From assembly GCA_963825055.1 (NCBI GenBank), contig CAWGSK010000002.1:32001-96000 (forward strand): a stretch of 64,000 nucleotides of DNA, written 5' to 3'. Numbering within the stretch: the first letter of the stretch is position 1; each line of letters opens with the position of its first letter. This document shows, piece after piece, positions 21,765-32,617 of the stretch. The notes beneath the pieces are model-generated. The model saw only the letters and a list, made by a program, of their open reading frames with translations, ran no database searches and was not told the origin of the DNA. A program made the position numbers and the translations under genes. The stretch comes from an uncultured Gemmatimonadales bacterium. GTDB taxonomy: Bacteria > Gemmatimonadota > Gemmatimonadetes > Gemmatimonadales > GWC2-71-9.

Positions 21765-22376
21765 CTACCTGCCCCCGTCCAGCGCCCGGCGCAGCGTCGC
21801 CACGAGGCCCCGCAGTTCGGCCAGCATTTCCCGGCGGTCCCAGGTGGTACGTGCCTGCAGCGCCTCGAGCAGGAGGCCGTGCCACCAGAGCAGTTCTTCG
21901 GCGCTCGCCTCGGAGATCGAGGGGAGGTACTCGGGCCCGAGCCTCCGGACGTCCGCCACGAGGGACCCGCACAGGTGGATCTCGCTCGCCACGCAGACAT
22001 CAAGGGCGCGGGCGCAGGAAGTTGCCAGCTGGGCCAGGTACTCCATCTTCCACGCCCCCCAGGGACGCGTCCCGCCCCGGTGATCGGTGCGCGGCTCGCA
22101 TGCATCCGCCAGCGTGGTGATCACGACGGAGCCGAACTTGTCCGCAATCTTGTGCCGGATCATCACCTGGTCGTCGCGGGCCGTGGCCGCAAGGACGGGG
22201 TGGAGGATCCCGCTCACGATGGTGGGATCGTCGCAGTCGTACCGTGCCAGGATGACGGCGAGGTGTGACGGATGCGTGCGGTAGGACAGCCCCGTGGCAG
22301 TGCGGCCGGGCAGGGCGTAGTACTTGGCCGCGAACGCCAGGGCGTGATTAATGGTGTCGCTGTACCCGCTTCTCAT
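21765..22376 (-). CDS. Degenerate HD-domain protein (RelA/SpoT hydrolase / SAH-like fold)
   Basis: ALAFAAK, R..TG..Y..HP, GILHPVLAA at the position of LHD..ED, I...FG..V. Confidence 0.75.
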   Translation of the reverse strand: MRSGYSDTINHALAFAAKYYALPGRTATGLSYRTHPSHLAVILARYDCDDPTIVSGILHPVLAATARDDQVMIRHKIADKFGSVVITTLADACEPRTDHRGGTRPWGAWKMEYLAQLATSCARALDVCVASEIHLCGSLVADVRRLGPEYLPSISEASAEELLWWHGLLLEALQARTTWDRREMLAELRGLVATLRRALDGGR

Positions 22377-22394
22377 GCGTGCCGCCGGCGCGTG

Positions 22395-23027
22395 TCAGGG
22401 GATGCCGAGGAACTTGTGGGTCTGGAGGCTCAGGCGCCAGCGCGGATGCGCAAGGCAATAGGCCACCGCCGCCCTCGTGTTCCGCTCGAGGTCGGGGCCG
22501 TCCATCGGCTGGAGAAAGAAGTGCTCGAATGCCATTCCGGTGAAGCGCTCCGGCTCCGCGCCGGCCTGGGGGTACACCAGCTTGAGCTCCTGGCCGCCGG
22601 TGACGACCAGGGGCGCCCCGGCCTTCGGGCTGACGCAGAGCCAGTCGATGCCCGGGGGCGGCGTCCGGGTGCCGTTGCTCTCTACCGCGACCGTGAGTCC
22701 TTCCGCGTGGAACGCCTCGACCAGGGACCGGTCAAGCTGGAGCAGGGGCTCGCCACCGGTGCAGACCACGAGCGGACGGCCGTCGCCGCCGGGCCATCGT
22801 TCCCGCGCCGCCCGGGCGAGCGCTGTGGGAGTGTCGAACCGCCCGCCGCCGGGGCCGTCCAGTCCTACGAAGTCCGTATCGCAGAACCGGCAGACGGCGC
22901 TCTGTCGGTCTTCCTCCCGGCCCGTCCAGAGGTTACACCCCGCGAAGCGGCAGAACACCGCCGGATGACCGGTGTTCGCCCCTTCCCCCTGGAGGGTGTA
23001 GAAGAGTTCCTTGACCGCGTAGGACAT
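22395..23027 (-). CDS. queE: 7-carboxy-7-deazaguanine synthase (short radical SAM, CX14CX2C type)
   Basis: ELFYTLQGEG, CNLW..CRFCDT, TGGEPLLQ, VSPK, LSLQTHK. Confidence 0.96.
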   Translation of the reverse strand: MSYAVKELFYTLQGEGANTGHPAVFCRFAGCNLWTGREEDRQSAVCRFCDTDFVGLDGPGGGRFDTPTALARAARERWPGGDGRPLVVCTGGEPLLQLDRSLVEAFHAEGLTVAVESNGTRTPPPGIDWLCVSPKAGAPLVVTGGQELKLVYPQAGAEPERFTGMAFEHFFLQPMDGPDLERNTRAAVAYCLAHPRWRLSLQTHKFLGIP

Positions 23028-23124
23028 GGGACGAAAGTAACCATGGCCGGTCGGCGGTCGGCAGTTGGGACGGGAACAGGGACGGGGGAGCAGGATGAAT
23101 GACGGCTCCGGCGTTAACTTCCCG

Positions 23125-23220
23125 AACGACTCAACGACTCAACGACTCAACGACTCAACGACTCAACGACTCAACGACTCAACGACTCAACGACTCAACG
23201 ACTCAACGACTCAACGACTC
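23125..23220 (+). repeat. Perfect 8-mer microsatellite (AACGACTC)x12
   Basis: 96 nt of identical units ending 10 nt before the queC ATG. Confidence 0.97.
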
Positions 23221-23230
23221 AACCACCCCA

Positions 23231-23953
23231 ATGCCCCCCTCCCTCCCTCCCGCCGTCATCCTCCTCAGCGGCGGTCTCGATTCCGCAACGGTGCTGGCGA
23301 TCACCAGGGCCGAGGGATACGCGCCGTATGCCCTCAGCTTCCGATATGGGCAACGCCACGGCGCGGAGCTCGAGGCCGCGTCCCGTGTCGCGGCGCACGG
23401 AGGTGCCGTCCGCCACCTGGTGCTGGACCTGGACCTCGGGGCCATCGGGGGGTCGGCCCTGACGACGGACGTTCCGGTCCCGAAGCCTGGCCGCGTCGAG
23501 GCGATCGGAAAGGAAATTCCCGTCACCTACGTGCCGGCCCGCAATACCATCTTCCTTTCCATCGCGCTCGGCTGGGCCGAGGTCCTGGGCGCGGCGGACA
23601 TCTTCATCGGGGTCAACGCGCTCGACTACAGTGGCTATCCGGATTGTCGCCCTGAATTCATCGCGGCGTTCGAGACCGTGGCGAACCTGGCCACGCGAGC
23701 CGGCGTCGAGGGAACGAGGCTCACGATCCACACGCCGCTCCTCCGGCTCACGAAGGCGGAGATCATCGGCCGGGGCCTGGCCCTTGGGGTGGACTACGGG
23801 ATGACGCGCACCTGTTACGATCCCGACACGGAAGGCCGGGCATGCGGAGCCTGCGACGCCTGCGTGCTTCGCCTGAGGGGGTTCGCGGCCCACGGCCTCG
23901 CGGACCCTGCCCCCTATCAGTCCGCGACCGGCTCCCAGCGCCCGAGGACGTGA
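23231..23953 (+). CDS. queC: 7-cyano-7-deazaguanine synthase
   Basis: [35 protein letters not shown]. Confidence 0.97.
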   Translation: MPPSLPPAVILLSGGLDSATVLAITRAEGYAPYALSFRYGQRHGAELEAASRVAAHGGAVRHLVLDLDLGAIGGSALTTDVPVPKPGRVEAIGKEIPVTYVPARNTIFLSIALGWAEVLGAADIFIGVNALDYSGYPDCRPEFIAAFETVANLATRAGVEGTRLTIHTPLLRLTKAEIIGRGLALGVDYGMTRTCYDPDTEGRACGACDACVLRLRGFAAHGLADPAPYQSATGSQRPRT

Positions 23954-25299
23954 CGCAGGGCGGTCTCGAGGTCGGGATGGCGGAAGCGGTAGCCTGAACG
24001 AAGCAGGGCATCGGGCCGGACCCGGGCGCTGGCGAGCAGCAGCGGGTCAGCCATTTCGCCCAGCGCGATCCGCAGCGCGGCCGCCGGCACGGGGAGGAGT
24101 GCCGGCCGGCCCAGGACGTGGGCGAGGGTTCGGGTGAACCCGGCATTCGTGACGGGCTCCGGCGCGGCAGCGTTCGCGGCGCCGGTCAGGGCCGGCGTCG
24201 CGATGGCGTGATAGATGGCCCCAACGAGGTCATCGATCGAGATCCAGCTCATGTACTGCCGGCCGTTGCCGAGGCGGCCGCCCGCTCCCAGCCGGAACGG
24301 CAGCAGGAGCCGCTCCAGCGCTCCGCCTGCCGGCGTCAGCACCGTCGCGGTGCGTGGATGAACCACGCGGATGCCCGCGGCCCGGGCCGGTTCCGCCGAG
24401 CGTTCCCACGCGACCGCGACGCCGGGCAGGAAGCCCTCGCCCGGCAGGGACCCCTCATCCAGTAACTCGTCGCCCCGGTCGCCATAATACCCCACGGCGC
24501 TGGAGGAGACGAGCACGCGGGGTGGGTTATCCAGCTGTGCCAGGGTCTCGGCGATCAGCTCGGTCCCCTCACGGCGGCTCTCCAGGATACGCTGCTTCGT
24601 TTCCGTGTCCCACCGGCTTCCGGCAATGTTTTCCCCCGCCAGGTGGACTACCGCGTCAAACCCCTCCAGCCGGGACGCTTCGATCGCACCTTCCCGCGGA
24701 TCCCAGTGAATCGCCGCGGGGCCGGTCTCGCCGCGCGTGATGGCGACCACTTCGTGTCCACCCGTGGTGAGGAACGCGCGGAGCGTGGTTCCGATCAGGC
24801 CGCTGGCGCCGGAGATAGCGACCCGGAGCGGCGGGCGTGGCCCGGCTGCGTGGGCGGCGAGGTCAGCCTCGAGCGTGTCGTGCCGGTACCGCAGCATCCG
24901 CGCGATCCGTTCCCGGACCATCCCTTCGGCGAGTTCTCCGAGGCCACCCAGCGGGAGCCGGAACTCCACGCGATCAGTCATCCGGCATCCGCCGCCAGGC
25001 AGCGGCTCGAACAGGTGAATGTGATGCCAGGTCTCGAAGGGACCCTCCACCTGCCGGTCGCGGAACTCCCGCCCGGGGATCCCATCGTGGTGCTCGGCGA
25101 TCCAGGTCGTGCGGAGCGGCCCGATGGGGACGTGCAGGGTGACGCGCCCTTCCTCGATCGTGCCGTGTCGCTCGACCACGGTGACGGGCTCCCACGGCGG
25201 GGCGAGCCGCTCGAAGGCCCCCGCACGGGTGTGCCAGGCGTAGACGGCCTCGGCTGGGTGGGGCAGGTCCGTGGTACGTTCGACGATCGCGAGGGTCAC
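23917..25299 (-). CDS. SRPBCC domain plus TIGR01777-family NAD-dependent epimerase fusion
   Basis: WH.R.GAFERL.PPW N-domain; [23 protein letters not shown]. Confidence 0.9.
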   Translation of the reverse strand: MTLAIVERTTDLPHPAEAVYAWHTRAGAFERLAPPWEPVTVVERHGTIEEGRVTLHVPIGPLRTTWIAEHHDGIPGREFRDRQVEGPFETWHHIHLFEPLPGGGCRMTDRVEFRLPLGGLGELAEGMVRERIARMLRYRHDTLEADLAAHAAGPRPPLRVAISGASGLIGTTLRAFLTTGGHEVVAITRGETGPAAIHWDPREGAIEASRLEGFDAVVHLAGENIAGSRWDTETKQRILESRREGTELIAETLAQLDNPPRVLVSSSAVGYYGDRGDELLDEGSLPGEGFLPGVAVAWERSAEPARAAGIRVVHPRTATVLTPAGGALERLLLPFRLGAGGRLGNGRQYMSWISIDDLVGAIYHAIATPALTGAANAAAPEPVTNAGFTRTLAHVLGRPALLPVPAAALRIALGEMADPLLLASARVRPDALLRSGYRFRHPDLETALRHVLGRWEPVAD

Positions 25300-26396
25300 A
25301 GCTCGCCGCGCGCTTTCCGGAGCCGGATGATTTCGGCGATATTCTCCAGGCTGAGCAGCCCGACCAGCGCGCCGGCGGCGTCCACCACCGGCAGCGCCGG
25401 CATCCGGCTGGCGCGCAGGTGCGCGAGCGCGACGGGGAAGGGAACCTCGGGCCCGAGCTGTGGTACGTGCGCCGTCATGGATTCCGCGACCGTGGAGTCC
25501 TGCCCCCGCAGCTCGATGCCCCGCATCAGCTGGTCGCGGGTGAGGAGCCCTTCCACCCGTCCGAGGTTGTCCACCACCGGGAACTCCTTCTGGTCGCCCT
25601 CGAGGAGCAGGCGCGCGGCGTCGGTCAGGCGGGCGTGCACCGGAATCGACTGGAACCGCGTCATCATCATGCCATCGACCGTGAGCCCTGCCCCCGCAAA
25701 CCGGGTCTCGACCGCCGCGGCCTCGGCGCCGGCCCCGGTGAAGATGAACAGCGCGATCAGCACGAGGATGATGTTGCCGTCCAGCCCCGGGATGATCCCG
25801 AGCCCCGCCACGACGAACCCGATCGCGAGCACCTGCCCGACGCGGGCGGCGATGCGCGTGGCCCGGACCAGCCCGAGACGGCTGGCCAGGAGCGCGCGAA
25901 GGACGCGCCCGCCGTCCATGGGGAACGCCGGGATGAGGTTGAACAGGAGAAGGATGACATTCAGGAAGAACAGCGTCGGGACCAGCGGGATGGTGAGCGG
26001 CGTGGCCTCGTCCACCAGGAACGGCTGCCCCAGGAGCAGGCCCAGCCCGAGGAAGAGCACCGCGAGGCCCAGGGTCACGAGGGGGCCCGCGATGGCGATG
26101 AGGAACTCCTGCCTGGGCTCGTCCGGCATCCGTTCCAGCCGGGCCATGCCGCCGATGGGAAGCAGGATCACGTCCGGCGTGCGCACGCCGAAGCGTCGTG
26201 CCATCAGAATGTGGCCGAACTCATGCAGGAGCACGCACGCGAAAATGGCGAGGAGGGTGGTGGTCGTGGCAATGGCGGCCGCGGTGCCGCCCTGCTGCCA
26301 GTCGGCCCAGGCGAACCAGGCCAGGAGCAGCAGAAACGTCACGTGGACCTTGATGTCCGTGCCCATGACCCGGGCCAGACGGAACGACCAGCGCAT
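25296..26396 (-). CDS. Site-2 (M50) protease with CBS pair
   Basis: HEFGH, NLIPAFPMDGG, C-terminal CBS repeats. Confidence 0.93.
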   Translation of the reverse strand: MRWSFRLARVMGTDIKVHVTFLLLLAWFAWADWQQGGTAAAIATTTTLLAIFACVLLHEFGHILMARRFGVRTPDVILLPIGGMARLERMPDEPRQEFLIAIAGPLVTLGLAVLFLGLGLLLGQPFLVDEATPLTIPLVPTLFFLNVILLLFNLIPAFPMDGGRVLRALLASRLGLVRATRIAARVGQVLAIGFVVAGLGIIPGLDGNIILVLIALFIFTGAGAEAAAVETRFAGAGLTVDGMMMTRFQSIPVHARLTDAARLLLEGDQKEFPVVDNLGRVEGLLTRDQLMRGIELRGQDSTVAESMTAHVPQLGPEVPFPVALAHLRASRMPALPVVDAAGALVGLLSLENIAEIIRLRKARGEL

Positions 26397-26575
26397 TGCG
26401 GGACCACCTTCCGGGGTTTCCCCGAAAGGTAACCGCAGAATGGCTGGAAACCCGGCTCGGCCAGGCCTGCACGGCGGACAACGAAAACACGGAATACACG
26501 GAGCTGGCCGGCGGTGGATGCGATCGCGATCCCGTTCCGCCTGTCTCCTGGTTCACCAGGCGGGGCGTGGCGGTA

Positions 26576-27421
26576 TCACGTGAGCCAGTCGCGCAGCGCG
26601 CCCATGGGCCCCCCGATCTCGCGGACGGGCAGCCGGAAGATCCGCGCGGCGTTTTCCGCCATGATCTTCCGCTTATCCTCGCGGGGGATCTTCAGGGTCT
26701 CCATGAACTCGAGATAGGTCTCCATGGATGAAATTGGCCAGTCCGTCCCGAAGAGCACATTCTCCGCCTCCACGCCGTAGAGCAGCATCTCCTCGAGCTG
26801 GCGGCGCATGTACCGCTCGAACCGGTCCGTGAAGTTGCCGAGAACGAGGCCGGAGATGTCCGTGAAGACGTTGGCGTTCTTGTAGACGATCTCCATGCAG
26901 TCACGAATCCAGGGGTTGCCGATGTGGCAGATCACGAAATTGATGTCGGGGTGGTCCACCGCCACCTCGTCCACGTGCAGCGGATGCGAGTATTTCACCT
27001 TGCCGCTCGGGGAATACGTGTCACCGGAGTGGATCATCACCGGGACGCGGAACTCCTTCGCCAGCGCGTAGACGGGCTCGAGACCCGGGTCGTGGGGATA
27101 GAACGGCTGGTAGCCGGGGTACAGCTTGAGGCCGCGAACGGTGCCGTCCTGCAGGTGCTCGCGGATCGGCCCCAGGAAGCCGTCGTCCAGGCGGGCGCGG
27201 TCGATACCCGCGACCACGTAGACGTCGGTGAGCCCGCTGGTGGCCTCGAGCACCGCCCGGGTCGACGGCCGGCCGGGATTTTCCTTGTAGGAAGTGAGAA
27301 TGAGGGCGACGTCGACCCGGTTGCGCCGCATGGTCCGTCGCAGGGTCTCCAGGTTCTGGAGCAGTCCGTCGGCTTCTTCGTCGTGATAGTTGTTCAGGTG
27401 GACATGGGAGTCGATGATCAT
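26576..27421 (-). CDS. Amidohydrolase family (Amidohydro_2) protein
   Basis: IIDSHVH, GLKLYP, PVMIHSG, CHIG, LFGTDWP. Confidence 0.9.
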   Translation of the reverse strand: MIIDSHVHLNNYHDEEADGLLQNLETLRRTMRRNRVDVALILTSYKENPGRPSTRAVLEATSGLTDVYVVAGIDRARLDDGFLGPIREHLQDGTVRGLKLYPGYQPFYPHDPGLEPVYALAKEFRVPVMIHSGDTYSPSGKVKYSHPLHVDEVAVDHPDINFVICHIGNPWIRDCMEIVYKNANVFTDISGLVLGNFTDRFERYMRRQLEEMLLYGVEAENVLFGTDWPISSMETYLEFMETLKIPREDKRKIMAENAARIFRLPVREIGGPMGALRDWLT

Positions 27422-28092
27422 GCCCGCCCGCCCGATTCGAAGGTCCGGTCGAGAATCCGCGCCGCCCATTCGCGGCCGCCGAGGCCGAAGGCCAGTGCAA
27501 GCGCGAGACAGAGGCCCCCGAAGGCGAACTGGAACGCGGAGACCAGCACCTGGCTCTGCACGGCGAGCTGCTCGAGCGCGAGCGACAGGACGAAGAGCAG
27601 GACGGCCCACTGCGCCAGGGTGGCAATCAGCCGCGCGCCCGCGATACCCACGTTGTTCAGGTATGTATACGCGGCCCCGCGGACGAACCGGGAGAAGAGG
27701 GTGCCGAACATGAGAACGACCACGGCGGCAAAGACCCGGGGGAGATACAGGACGACCTCGTCCAGCAGGTGGCGCGCGGCCATCATGCCGAGGCTGTTCA
27801 GGATCGCGAGCAGGATGCCGAAGACGACGATCCAGTAGAGCAGGTTGGCGATCAGGGTCACGGCCGTCTGCCGTACCCCTCCTTCCACCAGGAAGTCATC
27901 GATGCCGGAGCGCTCGGCGAGCGCATCCACCCGGAGGAGGCGCAGGCCCCGGATGGCGAGCCGCCGTACCAGCCGGGCGAGCGCCCAGCCGACAATGAGG
28001 AGGAGGGTCGCCAGCAGGAGGCGGGGCAGGACGTGAACGGTGTCAGCCCACAGGCTCTGCCATGAGGCTGCGAATTCTTCGAGGGGGGTCAT
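27418..28092 (-). CDS. TM-helix-repeat / MscS-associated membrane protein
   Basis: LPRLLLA..L..VGW, YLPRVFAA, ALALAFGLGGRE. Confidence 0.8.
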   Translation of the reverse strand: MTPLEEFAASWQSLWADTVHVLPRLLLATLLLIVGWALARLVRRLAIRGLRLLRVDALAERSGIDDFLVEGGVRQTAVTLIANLLYWIVVFGILLAILNSLGMMAARHLLDEVVLYLPRVFAAVVVLMFGTLFSRFVRGAAYTYLNNVGIAGARLIATLAQWAVLLFVLSLALEQLAVQSQVLVSAFQFAFGGLCLALALAFGLGGREWAARILDRTFESGGRA

Positions 28093-28222
28093 GCCGGCTC
28101 CGGGTTCGGGACCTCGGAGTGTGGCACCATCCCGGGCCCGCGGGCAAGCCGCGGGCATACCGTCAGGGCCCCGTGGGCATTATCATTGTGCCCCTTACGC
28201 CGTCCGGAGGAGTGCCATCGCC

Positions 28223-30145
28223 ATGACGCCCTGGTCCATCAAGGACTCGGAAAAGCTGTACAATCTCCAGCGCTGGGGGCTCGGCTACTTCCGCATCAAT
28301 GAGGCGGGACATGTCGCCGTCCATCCGGACGCCGACCCCGACCGCGGCCTCGACCTCTACCAGCTCGCGCTCGACCTGAACGACCAGGGCGTGCAGCTGC
28401 CCGTACTGCTCCGGTTCTCCGACATCCTCAAGTCCCGGATCGAGATGCTCGCCCGGGAATTCCGCCAGGCCATCGAGGAGTTCGGCTACGAGGGCAGCTA
28501 CACGACCGTCTATCCCATCAAGGTCAACCAGCAGCGCCACGTGGTCGAGGAAATCGTGGAGTTCGGGACGCCCTTCGGGGTGGGCCTCGAGTGCGGCAGC
28601 AAGGGCGAGCTCCAGGCGATCCTCGGCCTGAGCGAGAGTCCCGACCACATCATCGTCTGCAACGGGTACAAGGACGAGGAATTCCACCGGCTCGCGCTCA
28701 TGGGCCAGAAGCTGGGCCATACGGTGGTCGTCGTGCTGGAGCAGCTGAACGAACTCGAGCCGCTGCTGCGCACCGCCGACGAGATGGGCGTGCAGCCCAC
28801 CCTGGGCGTGCGGATCAAGCTGTCGAGCGAGGGCGCGGGCCGCTGGGCCAAGAGCGCCGGCGAGAAGTCCAAGTTCGGCCTCAGCTCCGTCGAGCTGATG
28901 AAGCTGCTCACCCGGCTCCGCCAGGCCGGCCGGCAGGACACCCTCAAGCTGGTGCACTTCCACCTCGGCAGCCAGATCACCGACATCCGCCAGATCAAGA
29001 CGGCGCTGGAGGAGATCTCGCGCTACTACGCCGAACTCCGGCAGATGGGGTTCGACATCCGGTGGGTGGACGTCGGTGGCGGGCTCGGGGTGGACTATGA
29101 CGGGTCGCGTTCCACCCGCTCGGCCAGCATGAACTACAGTGTCCGTGAGTACGCGAGCGACATCGTGTACACCCTCGGCAATGCCTGTCGCGAGGCCGGC
29201 CTGCCGATGCCGGACCTGATCTCCGAATCGGGCCGGGCCATCACCGCGCACCACTCGCTCCTGCTCGTGAACGTGATTGACGTCGAGTCCCAGGTCGAGC
29301 CGATCCCGCCGGTGGTGGGGGAGGACGCCCACCCGCTGCTTCGTGAGATGGCCAACGAGCTGGCGGACATGCACCTGGACCGGGTGCGGGAGATCGTCCA
29401 TGACGCGACGTTCGCCAAACAGCGCGCGCAGGAGATGTACATCAGCGGCGTTCTATCCCTCGAGGAGCGGGCCGACGCGGAACTCCTGTACCTCTGCCTG
29501 ATGAACGGGGTGGCGGGGCTGATCGGCGAGGACCGGGGGAGCTACCCCGAAATCTCGTCCGAACTGGAGACGCTCCTGGTCGACCGGTTCTTCTGCAACT
29601 TTTCCCTCTTCCAGTCATTGCCCGATAAATGGGCGATCGACCAGCTCTTCCCGATCATGCCCATCCACCGGCTGGACGAGGCCCCGTCTCGGCGGGGGAC
29701 CCTGCATGACATCACCTGCGACTCCGACGGCGTGATCGACCGGTTTACCGGCGGCCGGAAGGGCAAGCCCTACCTCGAGCTGCACCCCTTCGAGGACGGC
29801 CGGCCCTACATCCTCGGCATCTTCCTGACCGGGGCGTACCAGGAGATCCTGGGCGACCTGCACAACCTGTTTGGAGATACGAACGCGGTGCACATCCAGC
29901 TCATGCCGGGTGGGTACGAGATTACGGACCTGGTGCATGGTGATACGGTGACCGAGGTGCTCAACTACGTGCAGTTCGGCGCGGCGGACCTGCTCGCCAC
30001 CTTCCGGCGCAAGGTCAGCAACACGAAGTCGCTCACGCGGCAGGAGGCCAACGGCTTCATCGCCGATTACGTTGCCGGGCTCGAGGGGTACACCTACCTC
30101 GAAGGGGACATCCCGGTGGAAGGCGCCGACGGCCGGTCCCGATGA
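28223..30145 (+). CDS. speA: Biosynthetic arginine decarboxylase
   Basis: YPIKVNQ (PLP Lys), HFHLGSQI, DVGGGLGVDYDG, ESGRA, DITCDSDG, LGDLHNLFG. Confidence 0.96.
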   Translation: MTPWSIKDSEKLYNLQRWGLGYFRINEAGHVAVHPDADPDRGLDLYQLALDLNDQGVQLPVLLRFSDILKSRIEMLAREFRQAIEEFGYEGSYTTVYPIKVNQQRHVVEEIVEFGTPFGVGLECGSKGELQAILGLSESPDHIIVCNGYKDEEFHRLALMGQKLGHTVVVVLEQLNELEPLLRTADEMGVQPTLGVRIKLSSEGAGRWAKSAGEKSKFGLSSVELMKLLTRLRQAGRQDTLKLVHFHLGSQITDIRQIKTALEEISRYYAELRQMGFDIRWVDVGGGLGVDYDGSRSTRSASMNYSVREYASDIVYTLGNACREAGLPMPDLISESGRAITAHHSLLLVNVIDVESQVEPIPPVVGEDAHPLLREMANELADMHLDRVREIVHDATFAKQRAQEMYISGVLSLEERADAELLYLCLMNGVAGLIGEDRGSYPEISSELETLLVDRFFCNFSLFQSLPDKWAIDQLFPIMPIHRLDEAPSRRGTLHDITCDSDGVIDRFTGGRKGKPYLELHPFEDGRPYILGIFLTGAYQEILGDLHNLFGDTNAVHIQLMPGGYEITDLVHGDTVTEVLNYVQFGAADLLATFRRKVSNTKSLTRQEANGFIADYVAGLEGYTYLEGDIPVEGADGRSR

Positions 30146-30151
30146 CACGAA

Positions 30152-30176
30152 GGGGCGGCGCCACCGGCACCGCCCC
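30152..30176 (-). terminator. Hairpin terminator for gltA
   Basis: - strand GGGGCGGTGCC-GGT-GGCGCCGCCCC then TTCGTGT. Confidence 0.55.
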
Positions 30177-30228
30177 CCGCTGACTTCCTGTTTCTCCCCT
30201 CGTCCTTCTCACCGCCTGCCCCTACTCC

Positions 30229-31545
<1,317 letters not shown>

Positions 31546-31609
31546 GGTGAGCAGTAACGAACGGTCGCAAGATAGCCGGTCCTCCGGCCAACCTGAATAG
31601 GCCCTGCCC

Positions 31610-32524
31610 ATGTCTCCCGACACCCCCTCGCGCCAGGATCGTGGCCGCGGCTGCCTCATGGGCCTGGCCGCCGGCAATGCGCTCGGCCTCCCCACGGAAC
31701 TGCTGGAAACCCCGGACGCGATCCGGGCGGTGTTTCCCGATGGCCTGACGGACATCCTGCGGCAGGATACCGCGGAAAGTCCCTGGGACGACGATACCGC
31801 CCTGGCCGTCATCACCGCCGAGGCGCTGGCGAGCGGGCAGGTGGACATGAGGGCGATGGCCCACCGTGCCGTCGTCTGGCGGCAGCAGGATGGTCGCGGC
31901 ATCGGCGACTGGACCCGCCGCGCCCTGGACCACATCGCCACGCACGATGCCCCACCCTCCGACACTGGTGGCCGGGCCTCCAATGGCAGCCTGGCCCGCT
32001 GCATTCCGATCGCCCTGGCCACCCTCGCCACCCCGAAGAACCTCGTCAGCGGGTCCTGGCACGTGGCCCGGCTCCTCCATCCCGATGAGCGGTGCGCCTG
32101 GGGCGCGGTGGCCGTCAATGTCGCGGCAGCCCGACTGCTCAGCGGCTACCGCGACTTCGTGCCGGACGTGATCGACGTCCTCCGCACCAACGACGCCCCC
32201 GCGGAACTGGTCGAGGCGGTGCGCCGGGTCCCCCTCCGCGGGAAAGAGGGGCTGCCCGTGACCGCCGATCCGCCCGGGGGGGTGATCCACACGGTGGAAA
32301 TCGCGTTGTGGTTTGCGTATCACGAGCCGGTGCTGGAGCGTGGCCTCACCTGGCTGGCGAACGCCGGCGGGGATACCGACACGAATGCTGCTGTCACCGG
32401 GGCGCTGATGGGGGCGCGGGACGGTCTCGGGGCGATTCCGGCACGCTGGCGCGAGTCCGTGGCCCGGGCGGACTACCTTGAGTCCCTGGCCGACACGCTG
32501 CTCGGGCTGGCGCCTCCGCCATGA
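31610..32524 (+). CDS. ADP-ribosylglycohydrolase family protein
   Basis: GLAAGNALG, WDDDT, SNGSLAR, GGDTDTNAA. Confidence 0.9.
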   Translation: MSPDTPSRQDRGRGCLMGLAAGNALGLPTELLETPDAIRAVFPDGLTDILRQDTAESPWDDDTALAVITAEALASGQVDMRAMAHRAVVWRQQDGRGIGDWTRRALDHIATHDAPPSDTGGRASNGSLARCIPIALATLATPKNLVSGSWHVARLLHPDERCAWGAVAVNVAAARLLSGYRDFVPDVIDVLRTNDAPAELVEAVRRVPLRGKEGLPVTADPPGGVIHTVEIALWFAYHEPVLERGLTWLANAGGDTDTNAAVTGALMGARDGLGAIPARWRESVARADYLESLADTLLGLAPPP

Positions 32525-32617
32525 GCCGGCGCAACAATCCGGTGCCCTCCGCCGTATACCGGGGTGGGCCGCGCCCCGCAATTATCCTTTCGTCCGATCC
32601 CTTCAACCGAGGTCCCC

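Noticed and set aside
23028..23124. preQ1 riboswitch before queE/queC
   Set aside because: No recognisable preQ1 aptamer consensus; queE appears leaderless.
23125..23220. CRISPR array
   Set aside because: Contiguous 8-nt units with no spacers and no cas genes; it is a simple tandem repeat.
23099..23230. N-terminal extension of QueC (TTQRLNDS repeats)
   Set aside because: This is translation of the microsatellite; QueC similarity begins after ATG 23231.
31610..32524. ADP-ribosylglycohydrolase as part of a toxin-antitoxin or DraT/DraG system
   Set aside because: No ADP-ribosyltransferase or nif genes in the window.
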